NCBI GenBank assembly: GCA_035527275.1
Contig: DATLBA010000004.1
Location: 1-60,718 of the forward strand
Direction: 5' to 3'
Length of the DNA stretch: 60,718 nucleotides
From: Phycisphaerae bacterium
GTDB lineage: Bacteria; Planctomycetota; Phycisphaerae; FEN-1346
The notes under the pieces are model-generated. The model saw nothing but the letters and a program-made list of their open reading frames with translations, did not search any database and had not been told where the DNA came from. A program made the translations under genes and the position numbers. Shown here one piece after another: positions 45,358 through 55,570 of the stretch (its first letter is position 1; each line of letters begins with the position of its first letter).

Positions 45358-46008
45358 TTAAGCCGGCCCTTTTCCCAATGTTTTCAGGATCGCTGCGCGG
45401 ATAACTATTCGCACCTTGTCGGCGCCCTCCCTGGCGGCGGCGAGAATGTCGTCCTCGGCGAGGCGCTCGAAGAGGCGGCGGCGGACCTGGGGCGAAAGGT
45501 TTCGGGCCTTCAGTTCCTCGCGCACCTCTTTCATGACAGCCAGGTACGTTTCGTATTCCGGCCCGAACTCTTTTTCGAGCCGCTCGCGGATGCGGCGTGC
45601 CAGCGCCGGCGCCGCCCCGCCCGTCGTGATCGCAATCCGAAGCAGGCCCCGCTCGATCTGCGCGGGAACAATAAAGTCGCAAAGCGCCGGCCGGTCCACG
45701 ACGTTCACCAGGACGCCCGCCTCCCGCGCGTCGGCGGCAACGCGGGCATTGACCTCTTCATCGTCCGTCGCCGCAACCGCCAGCAGGCAACCCTCCAAGT
45801 GGCGCTTCCCGTACGTCTCCTCGGCGAGGTCGAAGCGCCCGTCGCTCCGGAACGCCGCAGCCAGTGCCGGCGCGACGACGCGGACGGACGCTCCCGCGCC
45901 CGCCAGTGCCCGGGCCTTTCGAAGCGCCACGTCCCCGCCTCCGACCACAAGCGCCCGTTGGCCGACCACGTTCAGGCAAACAGGATAGGCGAACCGCGCT
46001 TTGCTCAT
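45358..46008 (-). CDS. Precorrin-2 dehydrogenase / sirohydrochlorin ferrochelatase (SirC/Met8-like)
   Basis: LVVGGGDVALRKA, AATDD..N, VNVVDRPALCDF, IAITTGGAAPALARRIR. Confidence 0.9.
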   Translation of the reverse strand: MSKARFAYPVCLNVVGQRALVVGGGDVALRKARALAGAGASVRVVAPALAAAFRSDGRFDLAEETYGKRHLEGCLLAVAATDDEEVNARVAADAREAGVLVNVVDRPALCDFIVPAQIERGLLRIAITTGGAAPALARRIRERLEKEFGPEYETYLAVMKEVREELKARNLSPQVRRRLFERLAEDDILAAAREGADKVRIVIRAAILKTLGKGPA

Positions 46009-46250
46009 CGGCGCCCAGTATAACGCCGCCTCCGCCGGCCCACAACGTGCGAATCACACCGCCGTGTCTCCGGACCGAGCCAAAAGGTTCTCCAGAATTG
46101 CAGCAAGTCCCTGGAACCGCCGGCCAGCGGGGATTATGATACTCACAGCGTGCAAGGGGACGCTTTTCGAGCCGACCGCGCGAGCGGTCGAATGTTCTGT
46201 GCCGCGCTGAAGCGCAGGCAAATCGAAATCGCCCGCAACGGGGTTCATGC

Positions 46251-46457
46251 ATGCGACAGGCGACGAAACAGTGGCTGTTTCTCCTCTTCCTGGTCCTGAG
46301 CCTCCTGGCGATGATCGCACTTGCGCTCCGGCAGATGGTGAAGGCCCGGCGCGAGGCGCCGCCGTCAAGCCCGGGACGGCAAGACGCTTCCGTGAGCGTG
46401 GCGCTCATCACACCAGCCAGCCAGCCGGAGCTTGAACCCGCCCCTTCCCGCCTGTAA
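46251..46457 (+). CDS. Small single-TM hypothetical protein
   Basis: One strong TM helix (WLFLLFLVLSLLAMIALAL) then a Pro-rich tail. Fills the gap before the DUF362 gene. Confidence 0.45.
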   Translation: MRQATKQWLFLLFLVLSLLAMIALALRQMVKARREAPPSSPGRQDASVSVALITPASQPELEPAPSRL

Positions 46458-46507
46458 TGTAACCACCCGTTCAGGCTAGGCGCGAGGAATGTCCAGACAG
46501 GAGGTGT

Positions 46508-47659
46508 GTGGCTGTGGCGAAGAAAAGCACTAAGCGCAAAACGAAACGGTCGAAATCCGCCGGATTTAAAAGTGCCTCAACGGTCCGGTTCGCCTCGGCG
46601 GACGTCGAGCGCCTGGAGGCTGAGGCGAGCCTCCCGGCGAAATTCCTACGGACGCTTGACCGGCTGCCGATGAAGCGCGTCTGCCGGGACGCGACGGTCG
46701 CCGTCAAGATGCACATCGGCGGCCACCTGGGGTACACGACGATCCCGCCGCTGTTCGTCCGCCTGCTTGTCGAAAGAATCAAGGAGGCCGGCGCGAGCAA
46801 AGTTTTCGTCACCGACGGCTCGTCCTCCATCCATCAGGCGGCGGCCCGCGGTTACACGGAAGAGGTGCTGGGGGCGCCGCTCGTCGGGGCCGGTGGCGTC
46901 AACGACCGGTATTTCTACACGCACAAGGTCCGCTACAAGACGCTCCGCGAAATCGAGGTGTGCGGCAACATCGAGGACACCGAGGCGCTGGTCAACCTCA
47001 GTCACCTAAAGGGCCACGGCGACTGCGCCTACGGCGGGGCGTGCAAGAACCTGGCGATGGGGTGCGTCACGACCAACACGCGCGGCGCGCTGCACCACCT
47101 GGAAGGCGGCCTCGTCTGGGACCCGGAACTCTGTATCGCGTGCAAGAAATGCGTCGAGGCGTGCGAGCGCGGCGCCGCCCAATGGAAAAACGACCGGCTT
47201 GAGATCTTCTACCACAACTGCGTCTATTGCCGCCATTGCGTGATCGTCTGCCCAAAAGACGCCATCAAGATCAAAGGCGGCGGATTTGTCCCCTTTCAGC
47301 ACGGCCTGGCCCTGGCCGCCAAGGAAGTCCTCCGCACCTTCGACCCCGAAAGAACCCTCCACATCAACTTTCTGACGAGCATCACGATGCTGTGCGACTG
47401 CTGGGGCTTTTCGATGCGACCGATGATTCCGGACGTGGGGATTTTGGCGTCGGAGAACATCGTTGCCGTCGAGAAGGCGAGCCTGGACCTGACGCGCGAC
47501 GGGGAGCCGCTCCGGGGGAGCCTGCCGAAGGGGCGAAAACTCGTCGAAGGGCGGCACCTGTTCGAGCGCGTCCACGGGAAAGACCCGTATATTCAGATCG
47601 AGCGGCTGGAAGCGGTCGGCCTGGGCACGGCGGCGTACCATTTACGGAAGGTCAACTGA
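46508..47659 (+). CDS. DUF362 Fe-S protein with a 2x[4Fe-4S] ferredoxin domain
   Basis: VAVKMHIG, SHLKGH..YGGACKNLAMGC, CIACKKCVEAC, CVYCRHCVIVCP, LCDCW. Confidence 0.88.
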   Translation: MAVAKKSTKRKTKRSKSAGFKSASTVRFASADVERLEAEASLPAKFLRTLDRLPMKRVCRDATVAVKMHIGGHLGYTTIPPLFVRLLVERIKEAGASKVFVTDGSSSIHQAAARGYTEEVLGAPLVGAGGVNDRYFYTHKVRYKTLREIEVCGNIEDTEALVNLSHLKGHGDCAYGGACKNLAMGCVTTNTRGALHHLEGGLVWDPELCIACKKCVEACERGAAQWKNDRLEIFYHNCVYCRHCVIVCPKDAIKIKGGGFVPFQHGLALAAKEVLRTFDPERTLHINFLTSITMLCDCWGFSMRPMIPDVGILASENIVAVEKASLDLTRDGEPLRGSLPKGRKLVEGRHLFERVHGKDPYIQIERLEAVGLGTAAYHLRKVN

Positions 47660-47718
47660 GGCTCGCACGGGTGGGTGCCGGTCCCGCTGGGAACCAACCA
47701 AAGCAAAAGGAGAAGCGG

Positions 47719-48972
47719 ATGTTTCGTTTGTCCCGTCGGCCCACTTGTCTTGTGCGTATGTTCGCCGTGCTGCTAGCCGTCGGGACGTTGGTGGCGCCCG
47801 TCATCCTTCGAGCCCCACAGGCCGGTGCCGCCCAGAAACGGCTTCTCAACAAGGGCGACCGCGTCGCCATCGTCGGCGACTCGATCACCGAGCAGAAACA
47901 GTACTCCCGATTCATCGAGATGTACCTGACCGTCTGCGTGCCGGAACTGGACCTTCGGACCATCCAGTTAGGCTGTGACGATGAGACCGCCAGCGGGTTC
48001 CACCGTCGCATGAATCGGGACCTCATCCCGTTCAGACCCGACGTGGTGACCACCTGCTACGGCATGAACGACGGCAGGTACCAGGCCTACAACGAGGACA
48101 TCGGCAAGAGTTACCGCGAGCCGATGCAGGCCATCGTCGCGGACCTCAAAAAGGCGGGCGTAACCGTCGTCGTGGGGTCGCCGGGTTGCGTGGACATCGA
48201 CTACTGGCCCAGACCGTCCGACGTGTACAACCAGACCCTCGCTCACCTTCGCGACATCGCGCGCGACGTGGCCGCCGCCGAGGGCATGCCCTTCGCCAAC
48301 ATCCACGATGAGATGATGGCAGTCATGAAGAAGGCCAAGGCCGCCTACGGCAGGGGCTACCACGTCTGCGGCGTCGACGGGCTCCACCCGTCCGCCAACG
48401 GGCAGTTGATCATGGCCTACGTCTTTCTGAAAGCCATGGGCCTTGACGGCAACATCGGCACCATCACCATCGACATGGCCGGAAAGGCAACCGCCACCGA
48501 CGGCCACACGGTCCTGTCGTGTAGCGGCGGCAATGTGGAACTCGAGAGCGTTCGTTACCCGTTCTGCCTGTTCGGCGACGAGAAGTCGCCCAACTCGCAA
48601 CGGAGCATCCTCCCGTTTCTCCCGTTCAACAACGACCTCAACCGCCTGATGCTCGTCGTCACAGGCCTCAAGAGCGCCAGGGCCAAAGTCACCTGGGGCA
48701 AGGCGTCGAAGACCTTCACGCGAGCACAACTCGAGGAAGGAATCAACCTGTCCGATGAGTTCTTTGACAATCCGTTCTCGGACACCTTCCGGAAGGTGGA
48801 TGGACTGGTCGCCCAGAAACAGAACTACGAGACCTGGCTCATCAGGGAATCCAACCTCGCGGCCGTCACGGTCCTGAAGGCCGAACTCCTGGCCAGGTAC
48901 CACGCAGTCGTCAAGGCCATCCGCAAGGCGTTCGTGCCGGTCAGGCACAAGATCACGATCGAGACGGAGTAG
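47719..48972 (+). CDS. Secreted SGNH/GDSL hydrolase
   Basis: Signal peptide, GDSIT, CYGMND, DGLHP. SD AAGGAG precedes ATG 47719. Confidence 0.88.
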   Translation: MFRLSRRPTCLVRMFAVLLAVGTLVAPVILRAPQAGAAQKRLLNKGDRVAIVGDSITEQKQYSRFIEMYLTVCVPELDLRTIQLGCDDETASGFHRRMNRDLIPFRPDVVTTCYGMNDGRYQAYNEDIGKSYREPMQAIVADLKKAGVTVVVGSPGCVDIDYWPRPSDVYNQTLAHLRDIARDVAAAEGMPFANIHDEMMAVMKKAKAAYGRGYHVCGVDGLHPSANGQLIMAYVFLKAMGLDGNIGTITIDMAGKATATDGHTVLSCSGGNVELESVRYPFCLFGDEKSPNSQRSILPFLPFNNDLNRLMLVVTGLKSARAKVTWGKASKTFTRAQLEEGINLSDEFFDNPFSDTFRKVDGLVAQKQNYETWLIRESNLAAVTVLKAELLARYHAVVKAIRKAFVPVRHKITIETE

Positions 48973-49128
48973 GACGCCAGGAACCTCCGGGAGTCAGCGG
49001 GTCGGACGGAACAAGATTACTGCACCCCACGCGGTTCGGTCCGCGCGCCAAGTCCACTGCCGATGCCCCGCATTCCATCGGAACGGCCCCTGCTTCCTCG
49101 TGCTCTCGCCTCGCTTCGCTTGTGCCGC

Positions 49129-50043
49129 TCAGTGATCGCCGGGGTAATACGGCTCGATGTGCACCGTGACGTGGGAGACGCTGGAGACGTCGCGGCAGAT
49201 GGCGCGGGTCACTTTGGTGGCGATTTCGTGGGCTTTACCGACCGGCATGCCGGGGTCCACCTCGACGTGGAGTTCGGCGTGGGTTTCGAGGCCGCTTCTG
49301 CGGCTGATTAGTTTCTCGGTCCCCAGAACGCCGTCCACCGTCAGGGCCGCGCGCCGGATGGCTTCAAGCGTCTGAGCATCGGCGGCTTCGTCCATGAGGG
49401 CCGAGCCCGTGCGGAAGAGCGCTTTTACGCCCACGCCGAGAATAATCAGCACGATCATCAGGGCGGCGATGGGGTCGAGGATCCGCCACTCGTGGCCGAG
49501 CACCAGGGCCGCCGAGATGCCGGCCATGGCGCAGGCGCTCGAGAACGCGTCGCTGCGATGGTGCCAGGCGTCGGCCAACAGGCTCTCGGACCTGAGCCGT
49601 CGCCCCAGCCGGGACTTGTACTGGTACATCCCTTCCTTGATCAGGATGCTGGCCAGCACAAACCACAGGGCGAACGTCTTGGGGAAGTCTTCGGGCGGCG
49701 GGTTGAGGATCTTGGCAATCGCCCGATAACCGAGCACGATGGCGAGGAGGACAAGCATGACGGCCACGGTTCGGCCGGCCATAAACTCCGCTTTGCCGTG
49801 ACCGAAGGGGTGCTTCTCATCGGCAGGCCGGCGAGCCCGCCTCAGGCCCCAGAGGACGACAATGCTCGAAATGCTGTCGCTCAGGCTGTGGGCTGCATCC
49901 GCCACCAGCGCACTGCTCGTGCCGAGGATGCCGCCAACGAGTTTCGCCGCGCCGAGGAAGACGTTGCCGACAATGCCGACCCACGCGCCCAAGGCGGCTT
50001 GGCGGTAGGCCGCCGCTTGTGGTGTCGCTACATCAGGTTCCAT
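49129..50043 (-). CDS. Cation diffusion facilitator family transporter (FieF-like)
   Basis: SSALVADAAHSLSD, HPFGHGKAE, DAWHHRSD, LDP, HVEVDP, HIEP. Confidence 0.93.
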   Translation of the reverse strand: MEPDVATPQAAAYRQAALGAWVGIVGNVFLGAAKLVGGILGTSSALVADAAHSLSDSISSIVVLWGLRRARRPADEKHPFGHGKAEFMAGRTVAVMLVLLAIVLGYRAIAKILNPPPEDFPKTFALWFVLASILIKEGMYQYKSRLGRRLRSESLLADAWHHRSDAFSSACAMAGISAALVLGHEWRILDPIAALMIVLIILGVGVKALFRTGSALMDEAADAQTLEAIRRAALTVDGVLGTEKLISRRSGLETHAELHVEVDPGMPVGKAHEIATKVTRAICRDVSSVSHVTVHIEPYYPGDH

Positions 50044-50078
50044 GCCGACATTCTAACGCGGGGCGGATAGGAGACTAC

Positions 50079-51500
50079 CTAAAAACCTCCTCGCGAAAAA
50101 TGGGGGTCAGACCCCATTTGTTGGCGGTGAAGGAGGGCCCAGTAGGCGCCGTCGTGGTCGGGGCTCGGCAAGATCAGTTCTCGGCGGCGCAGGACCCAAT
50201 CCGCGCGCTCTCCGAGAAAGCCCCGGATCACATCGTCGTTTTCCTCGGACTCGAGGCTGCAGGTGGAATAGATGAGCCGACCGCCGGGACGAACCTGTTC
50301 GGCGGCGCGGGCGAGCAGTTCCGACTGCCGCCGGGGGAGTTCCTCCAGGTCCGCCGGCCGAAGCCGCCACCTCGCCTCGACCCGCCGCGCCAGCACACCC
50401 GTATTCGAGCACGGCACATCCACGATGGCGGCATCGAAGCCGTCTTTAGGCGTCACTTCATCAAGTCGGCCGGACAGGCAGACCGCCACACTCTTAAGGC
50501 AGCGCTGTGTCACAACGTCGCGGAGTGGCCGGAGTTTCTCTTCGCTGCGGTCGCAGGCGATTACGCAGCCCTGGTCGCCCATCGCCTCGGCCATCTGCGT
50601 CGTCTTCGTGCCAGGCGAGGCGCACAAATCAAGCACTGCCTCGCCCGCGGCCGGCGCGAGCGCCTCGACGGCAGCCATCGCCGACGGGTCCTGGACGGTC
50701 AGTACCCCCTCTCGGACGAGGGCTCCCAGGCGGGCCGCCGGCAGGTCAGAGACATCGAGGCTGCCCGCGCGTGGGCCAGGGTGGACGCTGGGCGCCTCGG
50801 CCTGAAGCGCCCGCAGCAATTCCTCAGCATCGTGCCGCATCGGGTTGACGCGTGCAAAGGTGCGCGGGCGGCGGTTGTTCCAGCGGCAGACGCTTTCCGC
50901 CTCGTCCACAAACGCCTTGAGCCATCGCGCCACGAGCCAGTCGGGATAGGAGTAGGCCGCGCCGAGAAAAGCCGGTCGGCCGTCGGCCGGATCGGGAAGA
51001 ACCGCCGCCTTGAGCCGCACGATGCCGCCGTCGGGATGAGGGACGGCATTGCGGGCGGGACGGCCTGCGGGGTCGCGGTGGTCCACGAGGCGTTCCAGGC
51101 TTCGGAGCATCGCGTTGACGAATGCGGCGGTGCGGTCGGCGCGGCGACCGCGCACGGTCGCCCGAGCGGCCTCGACGGCCTCGTTCACCGCCGCATAGGC
51201 GGGAACCCGATCCAAAAAAGTGAGTTGAAAGGCGCCGAGTTCGAGAATGGCGAGGAGCACCGGCTGGATGGCTGAAGCGCGCTTGCGCCTGCCGCGGAGG
51301 TGACTCAGAATCAGCCGCAACGTCCGACGGTGCCGCACCACACCGGTCGCCAACTGGGTCGCCAGGGCGCGGTCACGCTCCGGCAGGCCCGTTTCGTCGA
51401 AAACCGAGTGGAGCGCATCGCGGAGAAACCCCTTGCCTCGCTCGGCGCGGCACAAGGCTTCGAGCGCGGCGGCGCGGGCGGAGGAACCGAAGCCGCTCAC
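50079..51500 (-). CDS. rsmB: 16S rRNA m5C967 methyltransferase (NusB-like domain + MTase)
   Basis: TGVVRHRRTL, ELGAFQL, VNEAV, FVNAMLR, VQDPS, DLCASPGTKT, DVPCSNTGV, YSTCSLESEEN. GTG 51500 overlaps the DUF116 stop. Confidence 0.92.
   Translation of the reverse strand: MSGFGSSARAAALEALCRAERGKGFLRDALHSVFDETGLPERDRALATQLATGVVRHRRTLRLILSHLRGRRKRASAIQPVLLAILELGAFQLTFLDRVPAYAAVNEAVEAARATVRGRRADRTAAFVNAMLRSLERLVDHRDPAGRPARNAVPHPDGGIVRLKAAVLPDPADGRPAFLGAAYSYPDWLVARWLKAFVDEAESVCRWNNRRPRTFARVNPMRHDAEELLRALQAEAPSVHPGPRAGSLDVSDLPAARLGALVREGVLTVQDPSAMAAVEALAPAAGEAVLDLCASPGTKTTQMAEAMGDQGCVIACDRSEEKLRPLRDVVTQRCLKSVAVCLSGRLDEVTPKDGFDAAIVDVPCSNTGVLARRVEARWRLRPADLEELPRRQSELLARAAEQVRPGGRLIYSTCSLESEENDDVIRGFLGERADWVLRRRELILPSPDHDGAYWALLHRQQMGSDPHFSRGGF
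50098..50119. repeat. REP-like palindrome AAAT(G)GGGGTC-A-GACCCCATTT within the rsmB 3' end
   Basis: Near-perfect dyad; translates as QMGSDPHF at the RsmB C-terminus. Confidence 0.65.
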
Positions 51501-51934
51501 CTCAGAAACCACCGGACGGCCTCCTCGACGCGGTCGAACTCGACCGTTGTATCCTTGCAGGGCCCGCAAGGCCACTGGATGGTCTGGGCGAGGACGGCTT
51601 TGGGCAGGGAAGCGAAAAGCCCCGCGCGAAGTTCCTTGTCACAAGCGACAGCAACGATGGCCTTGACGGAGGGGTGGGCGGCGCGGCGTGCGGCCTCTCG
51701 GCCGCCGGTTGCCACGCATACCCGGACGCCGCACTTTTCGCCCAGTTCAACAAACTGCCTCACCACACACTTGCCGCATCGCCGACAATTCGCCGGGTCC
51801 TCGACGACCTTCTGGTCGCAGGTGGACCGCTGGAGGCATCGCGAAAATAGGACGAGCATCCCCTCGGGCCTGCAGCGTGTCCGCCGAAGGCGAACGGCCC
51901 AGTTATTCAGCGCAATGAGGGTGCGATTGATCAC
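51497..51934 (-). CDS. DUF116 family Cys-rich protein
   Basis: LVLFSRCLQRSTC, NCRRCGKC, VATGG, AIVAVACDKEL, GPCKDT. Start is uncertain (ORF open to 52021). Confidence 0.8.
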   Translation of the reverse strand: MINRTLIALNNWAVRLRRTRCRPEGMLVLFSRCLQRSTCDQKVVEDPANCRRCGKCVVRQFVELGEKCGVRVCVATGGREAARRAAHPSVKAIVAVACDKELRAGLFASLPKAVLAQTIQWPCGPCKDTTVEFDRVEEAVRWFLR

Positions 51935-51945
51935 AAGACGCCGTG

Positions 51946-52905
51946 CTATCCAGCCCCCACCAGTTGCGCGCCCGCCCGCAGCGCGTAACCGTTCAGGAAA
52001 TCCGCTGCGCTCATCTTGCATTTTCCGGCCGGCGTCAGTTCGAGGATGCGTACCGCCCCCGTAGCGGCGGCCACGTCAATCCCGCCCGCCTGGGCGGCCA
52101 GGATGGTTCCGGGTTTGGCCTCGCCGGCGCGTGTCTCCGTCCGGCTCACCCGATTGATGACCAGGCGCAGCGGTCCCTTGGGGGACCGTCGCCGCCAATG
52201 GGTATAGGCCCCCGGCCACAGTGTTGTGCCGCGGATTTGATTGTAAACGTCGGCGGCCGGGCGGTCCCAGTCAATCCGGCCGTCGGTTTTCTTCAGCCGC
52301 GGGGCGAAAGTGGCCTGGGTTTCATTCTGGTGGCGCAGATGGATTTCGTCGAGCACTAATTCCCGCACGACTTCCGTAACCAGCCTCGCCCCCAGCCTCG
52401 CCAGGCGATCGTGCAGTTCCCCGGCCGTCTCGTTCGGGCTGATCTGGGTGGCGTGCTGGCCGAGGATGTCGCCGGCGTCCATGCGGTCGGTCATCCGAAT
52501 GACGGTCAGGCCGGTCTCGGCCTCGCCGTTGATAATAGCCCAGTTGACGGGGGCGGCGCCGCGGTATTTCGGCAGGAGGGAGGCGTGGAGGTTGACGGCC
52601 CCGTAGCGGGGGCGTTTCAGGATTGTGTTTCCGATCTTCTGACCGAACGCAATCACCAGAAGCAGGTCGGGCCGTGCGTCGCGGATGCGGCGGACGGCGG
52701 GGCGGGAATTAATGTCTTCGGGCTGAAAGAACCGAATGCCCCGATCGCGCGCGAATCGCTTGACAGGCCCGACTCGGACGGCCCGGCCCCGCCCGGCCGG
52801 GCGGTCGGGTTGGGTGGCCGCCAGAACGATTTCCTGGCCGCCCTCGACCAGGGCGCCGAGCGTGGGCAGTCCGAAGGTTCCCGATCCTGCAAAGACGATT
52901 CGCAT
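51946..52905 (-). CDS. fmt: Methionyl-tRNA formyltransferase
   Basis: MRIVFAGSGTFG, TQPDRPAGRG, AFGQKI, NLHASLLPKYRGAAP, MDAGD. Confidence 0.96.
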   Translation of the reverse strand: MRIVFAGSGTFGLPTLGALVEGGQEIVLAATQPDRPAGRGRAVRVGPVKRFARDRGIRFFQPEDINSRPAVRRIRDARPDLLLVIAFGQKIGNTILKRPRYGAVNLHASLLPKYRGAAPVNWAIINGEAETGLTVIRMTDRMDAGDILGQHATQISPNETAGELHDRLARLGARLVTEVVRELVLDEIHLRHQNETQATFAPRLKKTDGRIDWDRPAADVYNQIRGTTLWPGAYTHWRRRSPKGPLRLVINRVSRTETRAGEAKPGTILAAQAGGIDVAAATGAVRILELTPAGKCKMSAADFLNGYALRAGAQLVGAG

Positions 52906-52919
52906 GGGCCTTCCCGATG

Positions 52920-53450
52920 CTAGCCCGCCGAACGGGTTTCCGCCTGAGCGAGTCGCCGCTCGTACCGAAGGGTAAGTTCACGAAGCCTTCTGCGATTGGC
53001 CATCCGCTGAACCTGCGACATGCGGTCCACGAGCAGCCGGCCGTCCAGGTGGTCCACTTCGTGCTCGATGGCGCGTGCCAGAAGGCCTTCGGCTTCCATC
53101 TCGTGCGCCTCCCCCGCCACGTCTTGGTAGCGGACCACGACCCGGGCATGGCGATTGACCTTGACGTAAATGCCCGGGAAACTGAGACACCCTTCGTCGG
53201 CCCTCTCGGAGCCTTCCGAATGGACAATCTCGGGGTTGATGAGAACGGCCTCGCGGCCGGGCCCGCCGTCCGGCGAGACGACAACCAGCCGCCTCAGCAC
53301 ACCGACCTGGGGCGCCGCGAGGCCGAGCCCGTGATTTTCGAGCATCAGGCGGGTCATCTCCACGGCCAGACGGGCGAGGTCCTCGTCGAACGCCTCAACG
53401 CGCACCGAGCGTTCGCGGAGCACCGGACCGGGATACAAGCGGATTCTCAT
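52920..53450 (-). CDS. def: Peptide deformylase
   Basis: GLGLAAPQVG, EGCLSFPG, IEHEVDHLDG. Start ATG 53450. Confidence 0.96.
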   Translation of the reverse strand: MRIRLYPGPVLRERSVRVEAFDEDLARLAVEMTRLMLENHGLGLAAPQVGVLRRLVVVSPDGGPGREAVLINPEIVHSEGSERADEGCLSFPGIYVKVNRHARVVVRYQDVAGEAHEMEAEGLLARAIEHEVDHLDGRLLVDRMSQVQRMANRRRLRELTLRYERRLAQAETRSAG

Positions 53451-53647
53451 CACAGGCCTCCCGGGCACCGCCGCCGATGCGCGGCGCCACGTCACAATCT
53501 CTTATTATAAGGCTTGCCGACGCCCTCTACAAGGCCGCTTTTGGGTTGACACACCGGTCTGAAAGCATACACTGGAACATTCCTGCAAGGAGATGCTCGC
53601 GCCGGGCCGCAAAGGCGGCGAGAGAGCACCAAAAGGAGACGCGCAAG

Positions 53648-55153
53648 GTGGCGGAGCCGGAGAAAGGCGGCAGAGAGCCCGAGGAAAAGGCGCCGGAGAC
53701 GGACGCCTCCGCCCAGGGTGCGGCCCCGGAAGAGGCAGAAGCGGTCGAACTTGCCCCCGAGGTGCGTAAAATGGCGGAGGGATGCTTCGACCGCGCCGAG
53801 CAGACGACGAATCGCGGCAACTACGATTACGCGATCGCCCTGTACCTGGAAGGGCTCCGATACAATCCGCTGGATATTGAACGTGGCCATCGCGGCCTGA
53901 GGGAGGCGGCCCTGCGCCGCCGAAGCGCCGGCAAGGGGGCCGGGCTCGGCCGCGTCTTCAGCCAGTGGAAGGCCGCCTTCTCCCAGATGCTCGGACGCAA
54001 CAAGGACGCGATGCTCTCACTGGAAGCGGCGCTCGCCCGCGACCCGCAGAACATCCTGCTCCTGACACAAATGATGCAGGTGGCGCGGCGTCAGAATTAC
54101 ACGGATATGGCAATCTGGTTCGGTGAACTGGCCGCCGAAGAAACCCTTCACACCAAAAAACCGCAGAAGCAGATCTTCACCACCCTGGCCGACCTGTATG
54201 AGAGCCACAAGCGCTACCAGGACGCCGTCAACACCCTCAATCAGGCCATCAGAATCGACCCGTCGGACCGGATGCTCGACAAACGCGCCCGGGACCTGGC
54301 GGCAGCGGCCAGCATCGAGGAAGGAAAACTCGAATCCGTCTCGGATTTCCACGAGATGATCCGCGACCGGCGCACCGCCACCGCCAGCGCGACCCAACAG
54401 GTGGTCCGCACCAAAGAGCAACTCGACGCCCAGTACGAGGAACTCAAGGCCGCGCTCGACGCCGACGCCGAGAACCCCGTCAAGATGCAGGCGCTGGCCG
54501 ATTGCCAGGCTCATCGCGGCAACATCGACGACGCCATGTCGCTGCTGAAGAGGGCCCTGGCCGTCTCGGGCGAGTATCGCTACAAAGCCCGAATGGACGA
54601 GATCCACATGGCCCAGCACCGGCAAAGGGTACGCGACCTGGACAGCCGGATCGAAGCCGAGCCGGACCGGGCCGACCTGAAGGCCGAGCACAAAAAAATC
54701 GCGGGTGAACGCGATGCGTTCGAACTGGAGATTTACACGGAGCGGCAGAAGCAGTACCCGACGGACCTGGGTATCCGTTTCGAGTTGGGCTTGCGTCAGT
54801 ATCGCACCGGCCGCCACGACGAGGCCATCGTGTCGTTCCAGCAGGCCCTTCGCGACCCCAAGCGGGCCGTCCAGGCCCTGAACATGCTGGGCAAGTGTTT
54901 CTTTGCCAAGGAACTTTACTCCGAAGCGCAGAACCAGTTTCACACCGCCCTTCAGAGATACGAACTGTCGGGCGACGCGCTGGCCAAGGAACTGCAATAC
55001 AATCTGGGCTTGACCCTGGAGAAGCAGGGAAAACTGGCCGAAGCCACCGAATCCTACAGCCGCATCGTCCAGCAGGACTATCAATACCTCGACGCTGCCG
55101 AGCGCCTCGGGTCGCTTCGCCGTAAAGTGGAGGCCGACGAGGCCCAGCAGTAG
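53648..55153 (+). CDS. TPR-repeat protein
   Basis: Multiple TPR-like repeats (YDYAIALY, RYQDAVNTL, RHDEAIVSFQQA, LQYNLGLTLEKQG). SD AAGGAG precedes GTG 53648. Confidence 0.8.
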   Translation: MAEPEKGGREPEEKAPETDASAQGAAPEEAEAVELAPEVRKMAEGCFDRAEQTTNRGNYDYAIALYLEGLRYNPLDIERGHRGLREAALRRRSAGKGAGLGRVFSQWKAAFSQMLGRNKDAMLSLEAALARDPQNILLLTQMMQVARRQNYTDMAIWFGELAAEETLHTKKPQKQIFTTLADLYESHKRYQDAVNTLNQAIRIDPSDRMLDKRARDLAAAASIEEGKLESVSDFHEMIRDRRTATASATQQVVRTKEQLDAQYEELKAALDADAENPVKMQALADCQAHRGNIDDAMSLLKRALAVSGEYRYKARMDEIHMAQHRQRVRDLDSRIEAEPDRADLKAEHKKIAGERDAFELEIYTERQKQYPTDLGIRFELGLRQYRTGRHDEAIVSFQQALRDPKRAVQALNMLGKCFFAKELYSEAQNQFHTALQRYELSGDALAKELQYNLGLTLEKQGKLAEATESYSRIVQQDYQYLDAAERLGSLRRKVEADEAQQ

Positions 55154-55183
55154 TCGCAACAACCAGGAAGGAGACGCACCCCG

Positions 55184-55459
55184 ATGGCGCACTCGCTATC
55201 CGCCAAAAAACGCGCGCGACAGAACACCTGTCTCCGCACGCGAAACCGTACGATCAAGAGCCGCATTCAGACCGCGCGGCGATCGTTTCTCGAGTCGGTC
55301 GAAGCCCGCAATCTGGAAGCGGCGCGCGCGGCGCTGCGCCGGTGCGAAAAACTCTTGCACCGCGCGGCCGACAACGGCCCGCTCCATCGGAATACGGTGG
55401 GACGCGTAATCAGCCGCCTCCGCCGCCGCCTCGCCGACCTCGAACGCGCCGCGGGTTGA
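55184..55459 (+). CDS. rpsT: 30S ribosomal protein S20
   Basis: MAHSLSAKKRARQ...RNRTIKSRIQT...LHRNTVGRVISRL. Confidence 0.93.
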   Translation: MAHSLSAKKRARQNTCLRTRNRTIKSRIQTARRSFLESVEARNLEAARAALRRCEKLLHRAADNGPLHRNTVGRVISRLRRRLADLERAAG

Positions 55460-55570
55460 CCATCGGAACACGAAGGCCGGCGCGAAGCCATGCGGCCCCG
55501 CCGACCTTCTGATTTCTCGCGCGAAACGTTTCGGCCTCAAACGCCAGAGGAGACGCGAAAGGAAGCAGCG

